From positions 65,164 to 129,163 of the forward strand of contig FLMG01001623.1 in NCBI GenBank assembly GCA_900088475.1: a stretch of DNA of 64,000 nucleotides. Direction: 5' to 3'. Shown one piece after another: positions 13,701 to 26,200 of this stretch. The translations under genes were made by a program, and so were the position numbers. This DNA comes from Hyphochytrium catenoides. Its lineage: Eukaryota > Protista > Hyphochytriomycota. How positions within the stretch are numbered: position 1 is the first letter of the stretch; every line of letters starts with the position of its first letter. The notes below the pieces were generated by a model that ran no database searches, was not told the DNA's origin, and was given only the letters and a program-made list of their open reading frames with translations.

Positions 13701-15088
13701 ATGGTAGACTAGACGGAGCCCACGTGCTATACTGCTTCGAGGAGTGACCGGTGGCCGGAAGCTGCCAGGAATTAGGGGGAATACGCCTTTCCCTCCCTTC
13801 CCTGTCGGAGAGATCTTCAGAGGCTGATGAAGTGCCATCACTTGTATCTGACTCAGAGTCGCTGGAGTTCAGGGCATGGTCTGCATGGTAGTACCATCCA
13901 CGAGCCCAGTAGCATAGCAGAGGCCGAGATCAAAGAGACATTAGTTGACTATGTCCTCAGACCCAGAATCCTTACTTCCAAAACAGATATGCAAACTGTT
14001 ACCTCTGTCCACCCCCATATACGCTTCTCGCTCGACGGCGTCGCGAATGATAGTGCCCTTTAGTTTCCCCTTGGATTTGGCAGGGCTCATGTAGCCTTGT
14101 ATCCGCCCATAGCCTTAGTTCGACGTGGCAGCAGAAGATGGGTGTGAGAGGACTACAACTTCTCCTTGTTTTGTACTCACTCTGTTCCCTACCTAGCGCA
14201 CAAATAAGCAGCAGAATTACTGGCATAAAGACCTCCAGTGGGTGTAGCTCAATGTGCTCCTCTCTGCTGCTGGCTAGGTAGAGGTAGATGGCAAGGCCCT
14301 GTAATGCTGCCATTGCTGTAGCCAAGCCCCACTTCAGCCGTGTAGCCTATAGAAAGGTGAACAAAGTTGCTAAGACGCAGTATATGGGGAGCCAGACGAG
14401 AGCAGTGCATGGAGAGGTAGGATGCCATGATAAATAACAGAAACTGCTCAGCTACATCTATGAGAGTAATAGAAAGAAGGGAAGGCGTCGACGAGAGCCG
14501 CGGTAAAGTGTGCTGTGATTTGATGGTGAGGCCCTCCTGTGCCAACAGCTTAAAAAACGCACAGGGAGATAGCAGAAATAGCTCTTACCCTGTGTGTCCA
14601 GTATGAGGGATAGAGAGGAAAGAAGAGTAACCGGACGAACGCCGCCTTCGCAGCTTCGTAGTCATTGTGTGATGGCTTAGTATTGAACAAGCTGGACCTG
14701 CAAGGAAACAACCAAGTAGTGGCACAAACAAGGGAGAGGTGATTAGACCAGTCGTAGTCTCTTGGCTTGCCCCATAGCCTAAGGCTCTATGCCTTCCCAT
14801 TTCATGGCCCCAGTTAACCCTTTCCAATGAAGTCCCTGCCCCTCTTCCCCATGCATACGCTAACACTTACTCCTTGATCACTTCGATGTCTAACAGCTCG
14901 CGTTGCACAGCAAGTTTCCGAAGCCTTTGGGTGGAACCAGAGTGTGAGAGAGACTTCTTTCTGATCTTTCCTCTTGTCCCAGGAGAGCTTCCAGGGGTTC
15001 CTTTCATGTGAGGAGAAGGTGCTCTGGAGCTTCTTCTTTCTGGGAGTGAGGCCGTTCTTCTCACAGGTGCTTCCATTGGTGGCAGCAT
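10706..15088 (-). CDS. PHTF: PHTF-family multipass membrane protein, more than 10 exons
   Basis: Stitched exons give LLDIEVIKESSLF...AFVRLLFFPLY; SRAKRARLPHFRLKNAVNIK|AWLSLR...QRAADAIVSSCF; LRFMMLGSRINKKYQNSGLLLTEQ|LNIYLRL...NSVLKVATKLLK|ELEKPNKVSGVTMNPFLYNLTRVLVLSAFSATISELLGFKLKIWKLKM then stop at 10706-10708. These are collinear with the conserved blocks of animal PHTF1/2 as I recall them. An additional first exon from the ATG at 15461 is possible. Confidence 0.88.
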
Positions 15089-16295
15089 GAGTGAACCCTT
15101 CAGGGCCTAAGGTGTAGTCAACAGGCAGGCGCAAGACCGCAGAGCGCGTGGCAAAGTGTTACAGGGGGACGCGGTAAGAAAACTGCTCAGAGGCAAATAG
15201 AGGCCGTGAAGCTAGGGGAGCTGGCCTGGGAGAGAGTCGGGAGTTGATATGCCAGAGACAAAACAGAGGCCAAACGGAGACCCCGGAAATTAGGAGAGGT
15301 GCAACCAAAGCGATATGAAAAGCCAGATACGGGGGCCATGAAATTCGAAGTATGAGAAAGCGGCTAAATCGGGTACTTGAAGGGTTAGCAATGGCAGAAC
15401 CGGGTACTTTGTTGACCTTTTCCTCAGGTACCGTCCATGGACTAGGGACTCCTTGCTCCATCTCCCCTCTGCGTGAGTGACTACGCGTTGTACGCTCTCA
15501 TACCACCTGCTAATCCCTCAGGACTATGGCTGAACTCTAGCCGCCTACTTCTTTCCTATACTCTCAATCAGATAAGCCTCGTCCCCGTGCTTCCACGAAC
15601 TCCTACTAAACCTCCTAAACCTTCTGAGAACCTTGGCTTCTACGCCCAGCTGCACACCTTTTTAACAGACTATAATCTGCCTGTCAAAGCTAATGCTCGG
15701 TAGGGTCCAAGGATCTGCAGGCCAGAGTTAAGGAGCTTCCGAGCCGACCAACTCGGCGAACGCGTCTCAGCTGTGACCAACCTGTCATCCTCTCAACGGC
15801 CATCAAACTCTCTCTCTCGCTCCCACAGCACAAGAGAGGGAATGAGGAAAGGGAAGCCGCTCCTGGGGGAGCTTTGGATGTACACACCTCCTAATAATAT
15901 GACCAGTTACCCATATTGTTACCTCATAGGGCTGACATGCGCAGAGGAGGTGGCGAGACGAAAGGTTGCACAAAGCTCTGGAGCTCCCTCGCTCACTGCA
16001 CTTGATCTCTTTTTTCTGGCTCTCCCTCGAGGATCTTCCCAGATGTTCTCACTTCTCAATCCTGGTAGACGGCTCTCTCCTCCTAGTTGCTCACTCTCTT
16101 TACTATCTAATAATCTGTCTACCGTCTCTTCCACCAGCCATCGAGCGATCCATGACGGGGATAATGCGTCAGTAGCATCGCGAGCAAGACTGGCCACGAC
16201 GGCGTATCTACTGCTCCGCGAGACGGTAAGGGAAGCTTAAGGACTTGGTAGGTAGTGCTATAATATAATAAGTATAGTCAGCCTTGCTCTCACTA

Positions 16296-17793
16296 TCACG
16301 ATTCTGGAGAAACGGACGGCTTTAAAGGGAGGATTTTTGGTGGAGAGCCTTGCACGAAGGTCAAGATGACGTTCGAGGGGATCTGCACCCAGGATCCTCC
16401 CTGGTGGTGAAGGGGCTCAGAGGCAATTAGAATGGCATTCTCAGTAGGTGAAAGGGTAATCTCTGTCTCTCCTGTGGCTGTGTGTTTCACAATCTGTTGC
16501 GTCCGCAGCACCGAACCGGGACTGCTCAGCGGCATAGCATCAGTGATAACACCCGATACTGCATCCTCAGACAGCTGCGGAGGTTGTAGATGGCAGGGTG
16601 AAGTTGCTTGAGTCTTGATCCTCTTGATTTTTGGGGAGGTGGCATGGCCTTCTCCTTTGGACGTTTGGTCTGATCCATCACCTGGCCTTTGATTGGGTAC
16701 AGCACCCGACTTCCTTCTGCAGAATCCCTCAAGTAGCTCGCTATGCTTCACGTAACAATAGTACAGGGACGGTGGTGGAACCCGAGGGTACTTGTCGCAG
16801 TATCTGCGAGAATTCTGAGAGTGAGAAGTCATATTCGGGGGCCTCTACCAATGAGCGGGAAGCTCTTCACCTTGTGGCGAGGACGTTTTGCCCGTCAGTG
16901 ACAGCAAAATTGAAGGTAGAGAATCCTTCCTCTATCGCGGCTTCCTGAACCATGGCCTCCAGTTGAAAGATGGTCTTCTTTATTGCCGCGCACAACTCCT
17001 GCGTGAGAGACTAAGCAATACTACTCACTAGTTGCTCTGCCTGCTTCTACCTACCTCCAGTGTGAAGGATGGAGCGCAACAGTCCTTCAGGTGGCTGAGA
17101 AATAGCGCAAAAATATGCTCAGTGTCGGTACTGCCTTCAATTCCGTTGTATAGATGGTCAGGCAACACTGATCTGATCTGCCTCCTGATCTTCTGAAAGC
17201 CTTCCAAGTGCCCATTGTGCTTCATAGCAAAGACTAAGACGAGGCTCTGCCACAGCGCATTGACAGATCGCGATCTCACACCTGAAAGAGAAGCATATGA
17301 TGCCTGAAAGGATGACAGTTGTAGATCATGATTGGTGCTCCCGGAGTGGCAGCTCTCACGTGGCCCAAAATACAGTTTGATTCTGTAGCTCTACAGACTT
17401 CGCGAAGGTTGGGATCATTCCATGCAGGCGTGATGCTTCTAAGCACGGCAGGGGGTTTCTGGGAGTCATAGTACCAACCTAACACGACCGTCAGCAGTCA
17501 CGCTTGAGTATGCTTTCACTAAGAGGTCAACGCACGTACCAACTCCAAAGCCATCGGCATTGAAATTTGCGTTATTCTCACACGTGAACCCTGGGTGGTA
17601 GGTTGCATCAAATGACTGCTTTACCAAGGAGTTTTCGGAGCGTAGAACCAGGTCAGCAAGCGTCACCTTGTTATTGGACTATGAAGGATAGATTATGGTG
17701 AGTACTGAGCAAAGACCGCAATTAGAGAAAGACACGAGAAGTAAAAGTTCCCTGATGTGTCTGTTATACCTTAAACAAGAGCCATCGGCACAT
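16296..17793 (-). CDS. Class II (Ntn) glutamine amidotransferase-like protein, DUG3/EgtC family, multi-exon
   Basis: Starts MCRWLLFK (Cys2 nucleophile, ATG 17793). Contains NADGFGVGWY, ITPAWNDPNL, GHVRAAT, NCHPF, HNG, GSTDTEHIFALF, PPSLYY and ILIASEPL. Confidence 0.9.
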
Positions 17794-18138
17794 CTTGGCT
17801 GGAAGAGGCGGCCCTACTATCCCTGTAGACTTCAAGAGCTCCTCTTTTGAACAAAGCCGCTGCTTTATGGGTTCGACAGTCAAGCAAGCACTTGCGACTT
17901 GTTACGTATGCTAGCTCCTCGACGCCGCGACAACACCGCCTTGTGGCTCATAACGCTAGAGCTCAATGAAAGCCCTTGAAGGAGCGGTAGGGAGCTTAGA
18001 GTAGTATCAGATCTCACTGATCTATGGCTACTATGTTCCATCAAACCCTCGGCACAAAGGAAGGTATCCTTGAGCTTCATCCGGCGGTACTCTATGTCGT
18101 CTCTTCTCGATGGCTAGGTGCTCCACCCGCGTACCAAC

Positions 18139-18211
18139 NNNNNNNNNNNNNNNNNNNNNNNNNNNNNNNNNNNNNNNNNNNNNNNNNNNNNNNNNNNNNN
18201 NNNNNNNNNNN
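18139..18211. other. Assembly gap (N run)
   Basis: Run of n characters in intergenic sequence. Confidence 1.
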
Positions 18212-18772
18212 CGAAGCTGATAACCATCTCCCAGTAACTACAGGGCTCGGACGGTTCGGGAAGGGCTATTTTCGGTTCATGATGACCTCAACATCGACAG
18301 GGATCCGAGAATAATAAGGTCTTTCAGCCCTTTGATTACGGCACGACTGTTTCCAGTTCTGTTTTACCATAAAATATCCTGACTACTGACTACTGACAAT
18401 CTTTGAGACACATGGCATAGAAGATGATAGCGAACTTTTCTCTGGTCGAGTCTACGGACAAACCTTGATGACGAGGAACGCCCGCCCTAAGGAGGTTTAA
18501 ATAAGACGATGGGGTTCCCTTCCCGTTCCGCCAGCTACAAGGCCTAACTATTGCCCTTTTAGTTGTTGACTGTGTTTATGTTTGGGGTTCAATGCGTACT
18601 ACATAGTTGAATAATAATGATATAGGAGAGGATATACATTCCCTCGTCACTGTGGAATAACTTATGTCTCTTCATGCTAGCACCATCTACATGCCTTCTT
18701 ACCTTATTGGTACGTCTGCCCATGCACTTTTCAGTTGTGATAGTGGACGCTTCCGAAGCCAGCAATCACGGA

Positions 18773-20227
18773 TTAGGCACCCATCCAGTTGCAGCTGGCA
18801 TTTGCTATAATATGTTCCCGAGCTGGAAGCATGCTTCTCTCGTACTGATTGATGCTGTCCACATAAGCGTCAAGATAGTGTTCTTTCACGTTCTTGAAAG
18901 CTAAGCTCTGAGTCGCTTCTGCTGGGAAGTTGCTGGCTTTCAGGTCAGCCAAAACGTCCATTTTACCATCATGTAACCACACCGGTGTACCGATGTGCTG
19001 ATAGTGATCCCAGGGTGGCATGGCTGCGACAGGATCCTGGCCATTAACGACTCTCATCTTCCGCTTCAGCATCACTTGCAGCTTCCGAAAATTGGACATG
19101 ACGAGATCAGTTTCCTCCTTTCCCCTAGAGTCATCACCAACAGATATTGTTCGAGGCTCGGCAAAGGTCCAAATTGACAAGTCTTGGCTGTTTGGATCTC
19201 GGAAGCGGGTGAAGTTGTAGCGGTGGTTACCCTCGTCATCGCTCTCAAGAGCATCGTCTAACATCAGTTGAACCGCCAGCAAGTTCGCCAACCCGCCTCC
19301 TCGAGAATGACCCGTAATCAGTAGTCGGCGGTGATCTCCTAGGCACTCACGAAGGTCCTGAATGAATTCGCTGTAGGCTGGCTGCCCTTTGTCATTTGAC
19401 GTGAGTGTTAGCCTCTCGTAGGCGTTCAAAAAACCTGTGTGGCCGTAGGTCATCAGTTGACCAGTCGACTTGTCCGTCTTGAATTTCTTATGTTTACCGT
19501 ACAGCGCACCGACAGAGCCAACCAGCTGTGAGACTCCGACAGTAGCACGAAAAGCAACCAGACAAGTGTGATCGTCCCTATGCCTAGCCAGAAGCCCGTA
19601 ATCGCCACCCCAGTAGTACTCAGCAAGGAGATGATATGGCGTTGTTCCTAGATACTTTAGAGATGGCTCGGCTTCCTCACACATGTGACAAAGAGTTGCG
19701 TCTGAACGTTGAGGACCAGGCTTTAGGCAGACAGCGCATGATCTTTTAGCTTTTGCTCCTTCATCATGCGACTCACGGCCGGTGCAAGTGAAGACCTCCT
19801 TCACAATATGGAGTAGTGTACGCATGAGCTGCAGTAGCTGTTGTACATCGTTACGTCCTGCCTGGGCATCTGCATCGCTCTTTCCCTCCTCTGCCGTGTT
19901 TCTAGAGGTAGGCAGCGACTCGAGTGGCCTTGAATCACTTAAAGCGTTCTTGGCAAGAACAGGTGCTGCACGCCTTCCACAATCCGGCTCATCATCTCCG
20001 GGCTTTGGCATGGTTATTAATGGAATATTCTTTGCTCCTGCTTGCAACCCAGATTCATAGTCCCCGGATAGTTCCATAGCAGCTCCATTCAGGCTGGTTT
20101 TCCCGTTTCCATCAACCTTCTGTCGTCCGCTCGGTCTGTGACACGATGCAGAAGTGAAACCTGCTGCCAGCATCAGGAAGAGACCGAGGATGACAAATCC
20201 CCGAAGAAAGAGGCTCGTCATCCCCAT
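18773..20227 (-). CDS. Secreted class 3 (fungal-type) lipase, 484 aa, intronless
   Basis: Hydrophobic N-terminal signal; VAFRAT; HTGFLNAY; nucleophile elbow LLITGHSRGGGLA; WTFAEPR; RVVNGQDPVAAMPP (catalytic Asp); YQHIG; EHYLDAY (catalytic His). Confidence 0.9.
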   Translation of the reverse strand: MGMTSLFLRGFVILGLFLMLAAGFTSASCHRPSGRQKVDGNGKTSLNGAAMELSGDYESGLQAGAKNIPLITMPKPGDDEPDCGRRAAPVLAKNALSDSRPLESLPTSRNTAEEGKSDADAQAGRNDVQQLLQLMRTLLHIVKEVFTCTGRESHDEGAKAKRSCAVCLKPGPQRSDATLCHMCEEAEPSLKYLGTTPYHLLAEYYWGGDYGLLARHRDDHTCLVAFRATVGVSQLVGSVGALYGKHKKFKTDKSTGQLMTYGHTGFLNAYERLTLTSNDKGQPAYSEFIQDLRECLGDHRRLLITGHSRGGGLANLLAVQLMLDDALESDDEGNHRYNFTRFRDPNSQDLSIWTFAEPRTISVGDDSRGKEETDLVMSNFRKLQVMLKRKMRVVNGQDPVAAMPPWDHYQHIGTPVWLHDGKMDVLADLKASNFPAEATQSLAFKNVKEHYLDAYVDSINQYERSMLPAREHIIANASCNWMGA

Positions 20228-22096
20228 AATGATGGGCTCCTTATAGTCTAGGCGTCCAATTCAGCCGTGAATCGCCAGATAAGTACCCTACCTTCCGCTT
20301 CTCGTGACCGCTAGGTCGGCTGCAGAGGAGGATGGCCTCAAGCGAAAGCTAGCCTTTACACTGACCGATTCTATCGCAGCCCGAAGCCCAGTCATATGCG
20401 GACCTAGGCAGTAGAAGGAAAGCTACGCTTATGTGATCAGTCCACTACGCAGACATCTGGACCTGCAGTTGCTGAGAGATGGTGAACCTAGGTCTGCAAA
20501 ATGTAATTGTCGCCAGTGTTGGAAATGAAGCTTGGCGTAGTGTCGCTCCGTCCTAGTCCTCTTGACTGCTTTTCCGCGCCACTGTGGTGGGCTGCTGGGA
20601 GGTAAACTAGGCTTCATTAAACATGGCAGCGTCAAATCAGTCTCTCACATGACAAAACCCGCCTTTCGTTTTGCTTGTTCTGTTCTGGTCGGTTCCGCTC
20701 CAGATCTTAGCAGCTAGACCACAGGTGCTCTCTAGAAACAAATCTTACTATTCGGCACTGCAGAACCAGACTAAGGAATCGGCTGCCCGGGTAGAATAAT
20801 ATAAGATTCCTCGAGGTTTCAAGAGGAGGCATTGTACAAGAGGAGGCATTGTAGAGTCCACTTCTTCTCGGTTTCGGCGCTCTTAGAATTACATCCTCGC
20901 GTTGCCCTATAATCATGAGCCCAGGCGGTGCCGAACTTTTCTTGTTGGAGCTCTTGTTGGTCCCCATATCAGGGGCCCACAGCGCACTGGAGGCCTTCAT
21001 GGCATGGGACCCACGATAACAGTGATAGAACGATACCACTATAGTGGCCGGGCCGGGCGTTCTACGAGCCGGAGATTCCTCGCATCGTTATGAAATTCTT
21101 AATAACACTGTCGGCAGACTCGTGCTTATGATGTTATTAGAACCCTTTGTTAGGGATTCTATGGCACCGACACTCCTAGTCACCAGTCTCGTCTCCGCCT
21201 ACTACAGTCTCTCATAATGTGTCTTTCAGGCTCCTTGAATTTTAGCTTTTTTGTATGCATAGTTCTGCGGCAATAGCTACCACGTAGTACTACTCAGAAG
21301 AAGGACAAGAAGAAGACGGAGAAAGGAGAAGAATAAAATTTGTTGCTTATTATTACATATCTACCTACACCTTAACGTCAACTCGGTGACAAAATGTAAG
21401 GCGATGCACACGTAGTTCTACAGACTCAAACCCTGGACTGTGGCAAACTCCAAACACCTCGAGGTTGCCTGGATCCTATCACCTTGCTTAATTATAGTAG
21501 CTATAAAAGAACTTGTCCTGTCTCTTTTCGACCAAGATAAATAGGCACGTGCAGCTAGCTACGTAGTGATACGGTCGGTACTCTTACTACCGCATCTCCC
21601 GTCGACTCTAGATAAAACAGTTGTACTCATGGGGCGTTCGACTGTAATAAATTTAGGCTTCCCTTCAATAACATCACGCTTTGGGTAGAAAGGACTAGTT
21701 CTACAGTAGTGTATAGCCAGTGTGAAGTGCTTTGTACTTGGATTGGCATAGCATTGGGTATGATGGCATGCAGGCTAAGCACGCTGACTTCATCAGTGAC
21801 CAGGGCAATTGATCCCGTTCCAAGCATTAGAAAAATAGTTCTAAAAAGAAGGATGTACACATTGTATTGAGAAAGGAGGAGAGAAGCGCCGACGGTTTGG
21901 GTGGAGAGTGGAGTGAAGGAGAGAGGCAAGAGCATGTGGTTCGTTCTACCGCTTTGTCCGTGACTAAAATAATAAGAGGAAGCAGAGAGGTGGGATGCAG
22001 GATGACGGTGGATAGTAGAAGTCGGTGGCGACAGAACCTCTGGAGATGTAGAACTCTACTGGCTTTTTTTTGGCCGAGACGATACGTCGGACCTTG

Positions 22097-22122
22097 CATA
22101 GGACATAGGACATAGGACATAG
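22097..22122. repeat. Short tandem repeat (CATAGGA)x3.7
   Basis: cataggacataggacataggacatag read directly from the sequence. Confidence 0.8.
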
Positions 22123-23291
22123 CGTCAGCCCACCAAGAGACATGGGGCAGGGTCCAGCTGAAGATGCGGTGTATTTGTTGTCTCGCCGTACTACTTGTAA
22201 TGCTGCGTGGCTTCGATTGGCTTCAGCACGGAGCAGCATTGAATGAAACTAGAGACTATCAATCCTTTGGGAACTGTCTGTTTATTGGTTGGACACGAAG
22301 AAATAAAAAAATTATCGGCCTCATCGAAGGAGTTTTCTCTTACTCATGTTTCTCTGTAGCGAAAGGGGATGCATCGGGTTCTAGAGTAGCCAAGATGAGC
22401 TCTCTAACATGTTGTTACTTCCTCTCACTGTATCTTCTTCAGTGGGCTCAATAAGAAACAGTCCGTGATAGTTGTCCAGAGTTCCAGTGTACACTGAAAG
22501 TGCTCTTGTACGGGGATGCCGCGCAGAGGTAGGAGTTGCGACCGCTGAGTGAGGTACTTTCAAACTGGATGCACAACAGGTAGAGGATGACGGCCAAAAT
22601 TCCCCGTCCTCCAGGCAGGTACAGAAGTATTTTAGGATCGGAGCACCTGCTGGTATCGTGGCGATAACCTAGGAACTGACGGACCGACTGCCGTGACGTG
22701 ATGAGAAAGCCAAGTGCTTGATGCAGTAGGCTCGACTGCGGCAAAAATTATCTTAGGCAGTGCCTCCCTCCATGCGTCATACTAAGTCATGGGTCTTTGA
22801 GGGTCTAATCCCTCCACCAGTAGTCCTTGAAGCAGATAGTAGACTCTCTCATCGTTTGAAAAAGTCCTAACAACATGGATATGGCTAAGCTCATTGTAGA
22901 GAGGAAGCAGTTCTTAGCATAACAGTCCTTCATGGCTCGATATTTGAGCTTCGGCCTCAACGCTGCTTCACCAGATCATCCCCAAGCCACTATCTCGAGC
23001 TAATGCAGCTGCTTGAGCAGCAGGCAAGCACTGTGTAGCCGTTCCCTACCCCTCCCTCATCACTCTGTTAAATATCGAATGTACTCTCCCATAAGGACTC
23101 AATAAGCATAGTACTTAATCCTGCCTGCTTCTGGCCCACTGTTATTATCACCATTGTGCTATGAGTCTCACCCCAAGGCTTGAATCGCTATCTACTCTGT
23201 CTTTCACGTCTAGATACTCCTATTTTACAGGACATGTTCATAGCGTCTTGCTAGCATCTGCACAAGGTCCTTATATTGCACCCTGATGCGG

Positions 23292-26200
23292 CTACTCATT
23301 GTCGTTGTGATGTACCACTTGCTTCGGGTTCAGAATTAGCTGCATGCCTTGCCGTTCAAGACAATTGTGAAAGGCTCTGATGCCGGCAGACTCACATTGC
23401 TCAGCAGCGACGTCCTTGCCTTCCCGAGCCACTCCATAATGGCAATCTTGTTTCACAGCAGCCGAATTATAAATAGAGAGCCCTCCGTAGCAAGAGCTAA
23501 CGGACAGAGGAAGATCGTCACTGTCAACAAATGTGTACTGGAGAACACTGCGACCTCTTGAGTCCCGGATGAGCTTGGACTCGAAAGTTTCGACATCTGC
23601 GAAGGACATTGGGTTGCTCTTGGTGATGGGGTTTGCGCAGGATACATCCCAGCTGATAAATTTCTTGGCAAGGAGAGAATAGGGCATTGGAGAAGAAAAA
23701 GCTGTTCTGCTACGGAGTCCAAAGGAATGCGCCACGCCATCGGTATCCCAGCCCAGATGGAGATCAGACTCTAGAAGTATAAGGAACGAGGCCTCACCCC
23801 CATCCTCTCGGGAGAAGGAGAGGTTGCCTGCCGTGGTAAACAGCCCGCGGACTTTCGTCAACAGATAATCACGCAGGAACAAGGTGTTGCTCGCTGCAGC
23901 AGAACAACCTATGGAACTGTTCCCATCGGCTTGAGGGACTGAGACATAGTGCTTCATGTCCTGGAAACCATCATTTGCTTTCTTTCGCCACTGCTCAAGG
24001 ACCTGAAGCTCTGGGTCTGCACCGTCCTGGGTCACGGTGACAATGGTAACGTTTCGGAATAACCTGCCGAGGCTAGCAATATGAGGTAAGGTGTGCTTGA
24101 ATCGAAAGGCAGTGTCTCTCCGAATCACGGTTCCGATAATAACTCTAGATCTCTGCATAAGTTTGTACCCGCGATCAACGACGTCATTGACATCTGAGCC
24201 GATCTGATCTGGCCGCTTTAATACCGGATACTCTGCAGCTGGCAAGTCATCAGAGCCAATGAAGTTGACTTCTTGCAGGGAAGGACCAAGGTTCGGTGCC
24301 TGACGCACTAAAAGGCTGTAGCCTTCTCTGGTCCATTCAAGAAGGTAGCGTTCTATAGTCATTGCAGGCGAAGAGTGGTTCCGAAATGACTGGACCTTAA
24401 CTGAGCCCTGTATGCGATAGCAACTTGATCCTGCTGGGTAGTTCTCCACCATCATCATTCCTTCTCCTGTGTGCTGCTGAAGGTACTCCCAAATGTATGT
24501 ACGGCCTTCCTGTCTACTTAGCTTGGCCATGTTCCGATGGAGGAAAATAATCTCACCGTAAGGATCGTGCTGTACCATCGTCATGCCGCAATAGTAGCTC
24601 TCAAAGCCCGCTCCTCTCACCCTAGATACTACTCTGCCGGCAGTCCCAGCAGGCTTAGAGATCATATAAAAGGACTGGCCCCATTTCATCCAAGCAAAGC
24701 GGAAGAGATCCTTGTCTCCCCAAAGAAAAAGTTTGAGCACCGCATCATAGTGCTCAACGAAGAAGGCAAGCACTCCAAGGGGTCCTGCGTTTCTGCGTCT
24801 GTCAATTACTAGCTGGCCACTTTCTTGCTCGTACCCGCTATTACTGGTCGAGAGGTTCAGCGCATCCCAGAAAAGTGACGCGCTGTCAAGGCGCGCGAAG
24901 AGGCTGTGCTGGACATGCCAGAAATCAGGCCAAAATATGGCCCCATGCTTCTTGTACTGAGAGGTATGGAAGAGGTAGGTGGGATCCCGCAGTGGGTAGT
25001 TATCAGCATCAAGAAGTAAGACCTGGTCAAACCTCGAGTGGATAACTGCGTATGGTTTAATCATGAAACCCGTTTGGAGCGCAGGTGAAAGGTGGGCCTG
25101 CCGTAGAGTGACGTTGAAGGTGGACGTTAGGATCTTCAGAGGAACAGAGTCGGTCTCCATTTCTCCTTGTCTGTACCAAAGCTCTACCGGCAGTTTGCAC
25201 CCTGTCTGCTGGAGAAGCTTTAGAAGGCTGTAAGCCTCGATCCAGATTTTGTCATGCACGCAGATGACAATCCCACGGCTAGATCTACCTTTCTGTTCTC
25301 GGTATAAAGCCTTAAAGCTTTTGACGGGTGGCAGCTGCTGTTGCAATCGTTGGACATGGCCGTCCAGTTCCCTTTGAAACTGCACGATATCGGGCACAGC
25401 CTTGCATGCAAATGGTGCGATGAAGGTCCTGCAATCTTTGAGCATCAAGGCGAAGTGCTCTCCAGAAGCCTTGTCACGATACTCACAAAATCCAGAGTCA
25501 GCTTGCGGCACCAGATAGGTGCAGTCTCTGTCAGATTCCAACAACCGCTTCCCCATAGGGTCACAGGAAGCTGTAGGTCTCCAACCGAGGCATTCCCACT
25601 GGCTCTGCTCTAGAAAAGAAACCATTTCCTCCCAGTTGACCAGCAAAGAGAAGTTTCTTTGAAACCATTGTAGGGTCTCGTTGCACCTCAAAGGATGACG
25701 CCACCTAGTTCCTGCTACGGGAACATGATAGCGGACGGCCTGTTGAGTATCGTAGAACTCACAAGAGCCGCCAGCCATGAAGGAAAAACTCTCATTGCAC
25801 AGCCGGTCTTGCCGCGAGGTTAGCAGTCCCCGATTCTTGCTTCCATTCTCTTGCGCACGGTATCCAACACACTCAATGGAATGTCTCTTCTGAAGGGTCT
25901 CTAGCTGATCTCGGGTAGTGATAAGAACAGGCTCTCGAAGCTGTAGGCCACCGAGGTTATGGCATCGAAAGAGGCTTCTCGGCCTATCGCAAGTATTGGC
26001 ATGAATCCTAACTCGTTTGTCACTCTTCACGTCCAGATACTCGCAGTATCCCCACTGATCTCCTCGAATAAAAGTGCCGCAACCTCTGTTCCCTGACAGA
26101 ACGTGTCTCCCTTCATGAGGATCGCAACTGTCCAACCCTCTCCAACCGATACATTGAAGGCTGCCCCAGTCGAAAGCAGCAGGAACCTGTTCCAGATCCT

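Noticed and set aside
14923-14968. Possible short non-canonical GA-AG intron in the first PHTF exon, which would switch to the frame reading PWKLSWDKR
   Set aside because: The uninterrupted frame is open and splices correctly downstream, and the other introns I reconstructed are GT-AG and longer. It would need transcript evidence.
17865-17880. GGTTCGA T-loop-like motif
   Set aside because: The flanks do not form a tRNA cloverleaf.
18241-18260. CAGGGCTCGG next to an assembly gap, resembling a hAT/MITE terminal repeat
   Set aside because: No matching inverted copy, target-site duplication or transposase was found nearby.
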